DNA of 64,000 nt, taken from IMG/VR virus record IMGVR_UViG_3300031841_005832, one strand, 5' to 3'. This DNA is from an uncultured virus (IMG/VR IMGVR_UViG_3300031841_005832). Lineage: Duplodnaviria > Heunggongvirae > Uroviricota > Caudoviricetes. The stretch's first letter is position 1. The number at the start of each line of letters is the position of its first letter. The notes beneath the pieces are model-generated. The model was given only the letters and a program-made list of their open reading frames with translations. It was not told the DNA's origin and ran no database searches. Of the stretch, positions 58,056 to 64,000 are shown in pieces. A program made the position numbers and the translations under genes.

Positions 58056-59071
58056 TTACTTTGCTTGCCCAATTGCGTATCCGGCAGCAGTTGTTATTCC
58101 GATGCCTGCTATTACGCCAAAAGCAAACCAGAACTCTCCGCTCTCATACCACGCAGGGGGTCGATAATTGTCTTCCAGAAATTTAATTCTATCGTCTCTG
58201 ACAGCTATCATTCCGGTGAGACGTTTTGTCTCGACTTCGAGCTTGAGATCAGACGTCTTGAGAAGGCCTTCAAACTTTATTTTAGAAAACTCTAGTTCCT
58301 TCTCAAGCCGAGCATCACATTCTTTTTTTGAATACTTGATATCTGCAAACAGTTTAGCAGCTGTTTCGTCAGAAAGTAGTATTCCTTTGAAAGGAGCTTC
58401 CTCTCCCGCTTTAAGCTCTGTGACTAAGCCCTCAGAGTAAGCATACAAGGGAGAAAAAATCACAGAGACAGAGCATACAATTGCAATTATTTGGCTAGTC
58501 TTTTTCCACATATTTGGCACCTAGTTCTTCAGCAAGCTTTCTGGCTAAGCTGTCGTCATGAGTCACTTCCTTCGCTAGTTCTTCCTTAGAAGCCTTGATC
58601 TCTTCTTCTTTTTTTTCATGACGAGATCGTGCGTCTTCTAATTGATCAATCGTTGAGTCGGATATCTTCTCAAGTCCTGATGTTAGATCATTGATTGCAT
58701 CATCATTAAGCTTGTTGTCTTTTTCGTGAGATTCATTTGCTTTTTGAAGAACTCTCTTCTGAGACCTTATTTTCAAGTACACAGAAAGTATTCCCAAGAG
58801 GCTGAGAATAGCTGCTAGAGCTATCTTCCACTTTTCTCTCAACCATATCCATACGTTACTCATAAAAGCCTTCTTACTGCTTTCCGTGCTTCCACTGAAC
58901 TGCAAGATCAACAAGAGCTTGTGACCCGATGTAAGCTAAAGTTACTGCTACCCAATCCCCACTGGTGACAGACCCTGAAAGGCACAAATAGGTAGCTGTG
59001 CCCCATGCTAGAAATTTTCTAGAAATAAATCGTTCTGTATGTTTATCTAAAAATGCTTTTACCCTTGCCAT
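58056..59071 (-). CDS. Three membrane-associated genes (58056-58520, 58495-58863, 58874-59071), possible lysis cassette
   Basis: Small 2-TM holin-like protein; N-terminal TM plus coiled coil; signal peptide plus coiled coil plus C-terminal TM. Confidence 0.45.
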
Positions 59072-59080
59072 TTCTTCTCC

Positions 59081-59627
59081 TTAGTGAAGATACCCTTTGT
59101 CGTCGTCTTCTTTAGAAAGAAGAGCTTCAAGAGGATCCTCTGTGGTTGCTGATTTGATTCCCTGTAGTGCAAACGTTGTCATTGATGCAGCAAGATGCTG
59201 TATGCAAACAGCTATGTCTGATATGTTTGTCTCGAGATCTTTATTTTTTTCTGAGAGCTCCTCGACGTCTTTTTGTAAGATTTCGATTCTTTTCTCAAGA
59301 ACCTTGATCTTGCTAGAACTCCCCAGAGAAAGGATCGATGTGAGATATTGCATCGTATAAGTCGTCCACTTCATTTTGATTTAGCTTCTCCAGTGTTTTT
59401 GATCTTTTAATATTTTTTGCTTCTATCACGATCTCAAGGGCTCTCTTATCTTCTTCCCCTACTAGAAGGGCAAACCTTTCGAAAACTTCTTGCATCGAAA
59501 GACCGTGATCTAACAAAGTTTTTCTAAACTCAGAATGTGTTTTCTTTTTTAAATTTATGTGAACTGACTTCTTTGTTTCAAAATCAGTAAGCTTTTCTAC
59601 TACTTTGTCACTCACTTGATCTTGCAC
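59081..59627 (-). CDS. Two hypothetical genes (59081-~59353 coiled coil; 59313-59627 possible ribbon-helix-helix)
   Basis: KSVHINL...HSEFRK..LDHGLSMQEVF. Confidence 0.5.
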
Positions 59628-60201
59628 CCAAAGCTAACGGGACTTCTGCGTCGGAGCTTAGAGAGCTTGAGTCTTTTACTTCGACGTCATGCGACTTCTC
59701 AAGCTCATCTATCAGTGCGTCTCCGGCAGGATCTCCGTATCTGTCTACGAGAAATTCTTTTGCCCGAGAAACTAAAATACCTTCAATGTCAAGAAGGTTT
59801 TCATAATTTTTTACGAGACGAGCAACGTTTGCTGCAAATGAATCTATATTGATGTCATCGATGTCAGACTCTTCGTACAAGAGTCGTATTGAATTCTGAT
59901 TGGACTCAGACTGTATCGCTTGCTTCCTAGCATCTGTCTCGAAGTCTATAAAGATGGCATTCAAGTCAGCATCCAGGGAGTTTTCGTAAGAGCCTTTCTT
60001 TTCTTCGGATTCTTCCTCAGCCTCTTCTTCGGTTTCTTCCTCAGTTTCTTCCTCAGTTTCTTCCTCAGTTTCTTCTTCGGTTTCTTCTTCGGTTTCTTCT
60101 TCGGTTTCTTCTTCGGTTTCTTCCTCAGTTTCTTCTTAGTCGCCAGGGGCTTCTGATAAGATCTTTATGCCGCCTCTGTATATCAATTCGATGTCTGACA
60201 T
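59608..60201 (-). pseudogene. Gene interrupted by an in-frame TAA at 60136-60138 (mutation or sequence error)
   Basis: GGAGA-ATG at 60201; MSDIELIYRGGIKILSEAPGD*EETEEE... runs in frame into ORF 59608-59964. Confidence 0.75.
60001..60135. repeat. 12-bp tandem repeat encoding (EETE)n
   Basis: ttcttc(c/t)tc(a/g)gt units in tandem. Confidence 0.9.
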
Positions 60202-60211
60202 CTTGATTCTC

Positions 60212-60892
60212 CTATGCAGTCAGAGTCTTTGAAGATTTTTCAATTCTCTTAATTCTCTTTTCAATAACTTCCCAGTCAAACTCTTTCATCATTCTTAAGA
60301 CGTACGATCTTCTGTCGTCTAGGTAGTCTCTGTAGTAGGCGCCTTCTGCGACGTCAAGAGATATTACAGGAAGGAAACCAATGGGAACGTTTAAAGACTC
60401 AGTGTCAACAACTATGTTCATATACCTTTTAAGAAAAGTAGAATAGCCAGTGACAGCATATCCGTCTCTTGACGACATTGCGCAAGCTATGAAATCTTTT
60501 TGCCAAGCATCAAAACCCCCGAAGTCTCTTTCGAGTCTAAGAAAACTCATCATATCCATAGTCAGAGAACTCTTTAGATCTGAGATGTTTTCAAAATGTA
60601 AAGCTCTTAAAAAAGCAGCATTCATACAGTGAGACTCGTCTATTTTTAATCCCCTGAATTTGCTTTTCTTATCACTCGCAGCATCTCTATCTACAGTATC
60701 TAGCTGCGCACTGATTTCATTTAACTGATCTACGAATTTCTCGAAGTCTTTCTGTCTAGCCACTTTTACCTTCTCTGACAGTGACTCAGTATTTAGACTG
60801 AATTTTTTTGCCTGAGTTACGTAAGCTTCCTCTAGAACTCCAGAAAGAGATTCATTGATGACTCTTTTTAAATCTTTCTTTATGTCAGACAT
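60212..60892 (-). CDS. Fe/Mn superoxide dismutase-fold protein lacking metal ligands, with leader
   Basis: LERDFGGFDAWQKDF; LDVAEGAYY where SODs have DxWEHAYY. Confidence 0.75.
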   Translation of the reverse strand: MSDIKKDLKRVINESLSGVLEEAYVTQAKKFSLNTESLSEKVKVARQKDFEKFVDQLNEISAQLDTVDRDAASDKKSKFRGLKIDESHCMNAAFLRALHFENISDLKSSLTMDMMSFLRLERDFGGFDAWQKDFIACAMSSRDGYAVTGYSTFLKRYMNIVVDTESLNVPIGFLPVISLDVAEGAYYRDYLDDRRSYVLRMMKEFDWEVIEKRIKRIEKSSKTLTA

Positions 60893-61246
60893 TTATTTGA
60901 CCTCGTATTCTTTTTCAAATTCACTTTTAGGAACAGCCAAGAGATCTTCTTCAGACTCAGGCTCTTCTTCGTCGGGCTCATAAATTTCAACGCTAGGATC
61001 TACCTCATAAAGAACTGATCCTCCGCTAAGATCTTTCATTAAGTCAGGAGAGGCAACTTGATCTTCTTGATCTATTCTAGGCTCTTCGGGCATCCTCAAA
61101 AGAACTACAAGCTCTCCGGCGTCGTCTTTCGCAACAGAGTCTACAGTATACTCGTACTGAGACTTTTTGTGTCGAACTTTTAAGTCAGGGGATATCACGA
61201 TGTTTCCGTGCTTATCCTCTAGATCCATTTCGTTTATTTTAGTCAT
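60893..61246 (-). CDS. Hypothetical protein
   Basis: Coupled ORF. Confidence 0.6.
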   Translation of the reverse strand: MTKINEMDLEDKHGNIVISPDLKVRHKKSQYEYTVDSVAKDDAGELVVLLRMPEEPRIDQEDQVASPDLMKDLSGGSVLYEVDPSVEIYEPDEEEPESEEDLLAVPKSEFEKEYEVK

Positions 61247-63465
61247 TTTATGGTTCCTGCCATTTTGTTCATTCTGTAGGCCATCATCTCTACCTCTGAA
61301 TATTTCTCCTGAGATTCAACTAGAACCTTGTCAAAGTCTTTATAGAATTTTCTGTTAAGAAATTCAAAAACTATCTTTTCAACATTTGACTCATTTAGAA
61401 AAAACTTAGATTCATTTGATTTTTTGATCATTGATCCTACAAGCTGAGGTATTAACTGCTGAAGAGAGTCGAAGTTCTTTTTAGCGAACCTTCTGCTTTT
61501 TACAAGTGTTTCTTCGTGCTCTGCTCTCCATTTTTTAATAGCATTGGCAACTTGTCTCTCGACTGACTTCGCGGTTTTATCTAAGCCAGTCTGAACGAGA
61601 CCCTTGAGCTGATCTAACCTTTTCTTGGAAGTCAGTGACTTTTGGCTCGTGGCAGAAAGACCTCCCATCCAAGAGTCCAAGGCGCCTAGGGCTGCATCTG
61701 TAGGGCTCTGACTTTGACCTTCTTCTTCTTTCACTGCGGCTTCAAGTTCTGCCTGAACTTCTTGTTGCTCTTCTTTTGCTTCAGCAGGAGCAGCCGGTGC
61801 TGGTTCATCAGCTGCAGCTGTTGCATCTCCTTCAATCTTCTCTCCCAGCTTAGAGGCCGGAAATCTGAAAGGCGGCTTCTTGAAACCGCCCTTGCCGTCT
61901 GACCTCATAGCAAAAACATCACCATCGTCGAAGATTTTTTCAATTTTAACAACCAGCTCTTTGCCTTTGTTGGTAGTGTAGTTGTAAATTTCTCCAACCT
62001 CAGCTTTGGGACCCTCATCTTTCTTTTCTTCTGGGACTCCCGTTACTTCAACTTCAGCAGAAGCAAGAGTATCAGCCATCGATCTAGCGAGAGAATTCTG
62101 AACAGATTCGTCGTCTGATGCCTTGTCTGCTGCCTTGGACAAGGTATCGAAAGGAACGTCTTCGAAAAGAAAAGGAAGAATTCTTCTTGACATTATGCTC
62201 TCGTCAATGTTTATCTTTCCTTGAATAGCATCCTGAAATGCCTTGTCGTCCTTCAGAGCATCAACAAACTTCTGAGCTGACTCTTTGTTTTCAGATGCAT
62301 CGACGTACTTCTTAGATATCTCAGACCACTTCTGGCCGGCTTTCTCTTCAGAGGGTTCTTCTGCAGGTGTTTCGGCGGCAGGTTCTAGTCCTTCTTCCGC
62401 GGCTTCTTCTGCAACATCCTTGGGATCTTTTCCTTTTGCTAAGTCTTCTGCGTCATCTGCAAGAGCTGCCTTTACTTCCTTGTCCGAGGCGTTTGCAAAG
62501 TCAGAAGGAAGTTTCCCTCCATTTGCATCTTTAAGCATCCCTAAGAGATAATCTATTCTCTCGTCTGATGTCATCTTTCTTGGGTCGTAATCTCCTGCGC
62601 CCGTTCCTCCCGCACCAGCTCCCTTTTCAGAAGCAGCCTCCTCTGACTCAACTGCGTCTTGAGCAACATCGTCAAGATCTTTCATAGGAACTTTAGTGTC
62701 CTTAAGATCAGCAGCGTCGAAAACTGACAAAGAAGTGTCCATTATAGCATCTGCCAGCTCTTGAGAAGCTACCTTGGCGTCAAGAGTAGGGATTGACTTA
62801 AGAATTTTACCTTGAGCACCGGGCATGTTTTTAGCGAAAAAACCTTTGAGCTTTGCAAGAAAGCCCTGGGGTTTCATAGACTTCTCTATGGCTTTCTGAA
62901 TTCCCTTTGTTAGTTTCGCTTCATCAGGAATTCCGCCCTGTCCGGCGATGTCTCTAAGAGGGGCGTTTTTAATTGAATCATCTTTTGCCAATGGAACTAG
63001 ATTGTCTTCTATGTTCTGTAGGGCATCGGTAAAACCTGTTAAGAACTGATTTGCCTTTGTCTGAATTGCTATCGCGGCCTTGGCAATTCCTGGCGCAGAC
63101 ATCTTACTTCCCATAAAGCTAGCTATTTTTCCAGAGTCAAAATTAACTGCAGCAAAATCGCCCTGAGCTTTGTCTATCGCAGTCCCTAGGTCGGTTATCA
63201 TCTTGGTCACAGAAGGAATCTTAGTTACATCCAGACCTTTTGACTTAAGGCCGTTAAGATAGTCTTCAAGCTTTTTAATCTGTTGTCTAGAACCATCTAG
63301 TGCGGATTTTACCTTCGCAGCCTCAGCCTTGTCTATTTTCTCAGAAATCAAAAATCTTAAAGATCCCTCTGTAAGGGAGTGTTCAGCCTCTTCTATATAA
63401 TGAGCTTTTGTGAATATTCTATTAAGCTCAGGGTCAGAAGATACCTCTATTAATTTTTCTTGCAT
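61243..63465 (-). CDS. Large Ala/Glu/Lys-rich putative virion protein
   Basis: Several LxE/NES motifs; C-terminal RMNKMAG; ATACTTA upstream. Confidence 0.65.
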   Translation of the reverse strand: MQEKLIEVSSDPELNRIFTKAHYIEEAEHSLTEGSLRFLISEKIDKAEAAKVKSALDGSRQQIKKLEDYLNGLKSKGLDVTKIPSVTKMITDLGTAIDKAQGDFAAVNFDSGKIASFMGSKMSAPGIAKAAIAIQTKANQFLTGFTDALQNIEDNLVPLAKDDSIKNAPLRDIAGQGGIPDEAKLTKGIQKAIEKSMKPQGFLAKLKGFFAKNMPGAQGKILKSIPTLDAKVASQELADAIMDTSLSVFDAADLKDTKVPMKDLDDVAQDAVESEEAASEKGAGAGGTGAGDYDPRKMTSDERIDYLLGMLKDANGGKLPSDFANASDKEVKAALADDAEDLAKGKDPKDVAEEAAEEGLEPAAETPAEEPSEEKAGQKWSEISKKYVDASENKESAQKFVDALKDDKAFQDAIQGKINIDESIMSRRILPFLFEDVPFDTLSKAADKASDDESVQNSLARSMADTLASAEVEVTGVPEEKKDEGPKAEVGEIYNYTTNKGKELVVKIEKIFDDGDVFAMRSDGKGGFKKPPFRFPASKLGEKIEGDATAAADEPAPAAPAEAKEEQQEVQAELEAAVKEEEGQSQSPTDAALGALDSWMGGLSATSQKSLTSKKRLDQLKGLVQTGLDKTAKSVERQVANAIKKWRAEHEETLVKSRRFAKKNFDSLQQLIPQLVGSMIKKSNESKFFLNESNVEKIVFEFLNRKFYKDFDKVLVESQEKYSEVEMMAYRMNKMAGTIK

Positions 63466-63518
63466 TGAAAACCTCAACAATGTCGCAATGATAGTCTGTT
63501 ATAAGTATCAAGCGGAAG

Positions 63519-63929
63519 TCATTTTAGACGCCTTGTTTGAATAGACATCTCTTCTAAAATTGAGATCGAAGACTCATCTCTGTAAAGGTCTTTGTAGATA
63601 ACCTCAGAGATTCCAGAGTTTATGATTGCTTTTGCACACATTCTGCACGGAAGAAGAGTTACGTACATCTTCTTCTTTTTCGGATTGTTGTAGTCCATCT
63701 TGAGAAGCGCGTTGATCTCCGCGTGAAGCATACCTGACTCGCCTGGAATTACAGATTCTACCTCGTTAGGTCCACCTGAGTAGTTTCCATTGTATCCCAC
63801 AGCGAGGACTTGAGTATTATCTTCAGTTACTACAATTGCCCCGACTTTATGACGAGGGTCATAAGATCTTTCGGCCAGGGCTTCGGCGGTCTTCATCCAG
63901 ACTTCGTCCCAGGTTGGTCTAGAATTCAT
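63519..63929 (-). CDS. dCMP deaminase
   Basis: RPTWD, KVGA, GYNG, HAEINAL, PCRMC. Confidence 0.93.
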   Translation of the reverse strand: MNSRPTWDEVWMKTAEALAERSYDPRHKVGAIVVTEDNTQVLAVGYNGNYSGGPNEVESVIPGESGMLHAEINALLKMDYNNPKKKKMYVTLLPCRMCAKAIINSGISEVIYKDLYRDESSISILEEMSIQTRRLK

Positions 63930-64000
63930 AGAATACCTCAAGTCTTCTCAGAAGATTGTTTCTTCCTGGTTGTTCTTTTTGGTTTGTCAAAGATATCTTC

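Noticed and set aside
60001..60135. CRISPR array (also considered for 18750-18812 and 16500-17700)
   Set aside because: The repeats are in-frame coding repeats with no unique spacers, and no cas genes are present
1..64000. Stop-codon reassignment
   Set aside because: Conserved enzymes are full length in the standard code and TAA, TAG and TGA all end genes; only one in-frame stop was seen

Overview
64 kb of a very large tailed-phage (jumbo/huge phage, T4-like gene content) genome. It is densely coding and almost all on the minus strand. Evidence: T4-type RNA ligase, ATP-dependent DNA ligase, RNase H-like 5'-3' exonuclease, dCMP deaminase, UvsE, phage GroEL, M15 endolysin, SLT, many small hypotheticals and auxiliary metabolic genes (ahcY, purA, guaB-like, cysK, queF-like, tilS, def, trx, FKBP). 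Myxococcota-style surface proteins and the tmRNA tag suggest a myxobacterial/deltaproteobacterial host (inference). Main observations: (1) a circularly permuted two-piece tmRNA gene next to tRNA-Ser; (2) a sigma70 that stops just before region 4.2, followed by a separately translated region-4.2-like HTH protein, alongside two recurring promoter classes (GTGCAA-N17-TATAAT and a lone ATAnTTA); (3) about 20 unrelated proteins sharing an 'MKIT..QLRRIIREE..LxE' leader, a candidate capsid-loading tag, fused to a nuclease-like, pre-toxin TG, ParB-like and catalytically eroded SOD/PCD domains; (4) small genes absent from the ORF track (10-Cys peptide, Bfd-like ferredoxin) and one gene broken by an in-frame TAA. 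All functional calls are motif recognition by eye; no database searches were run.
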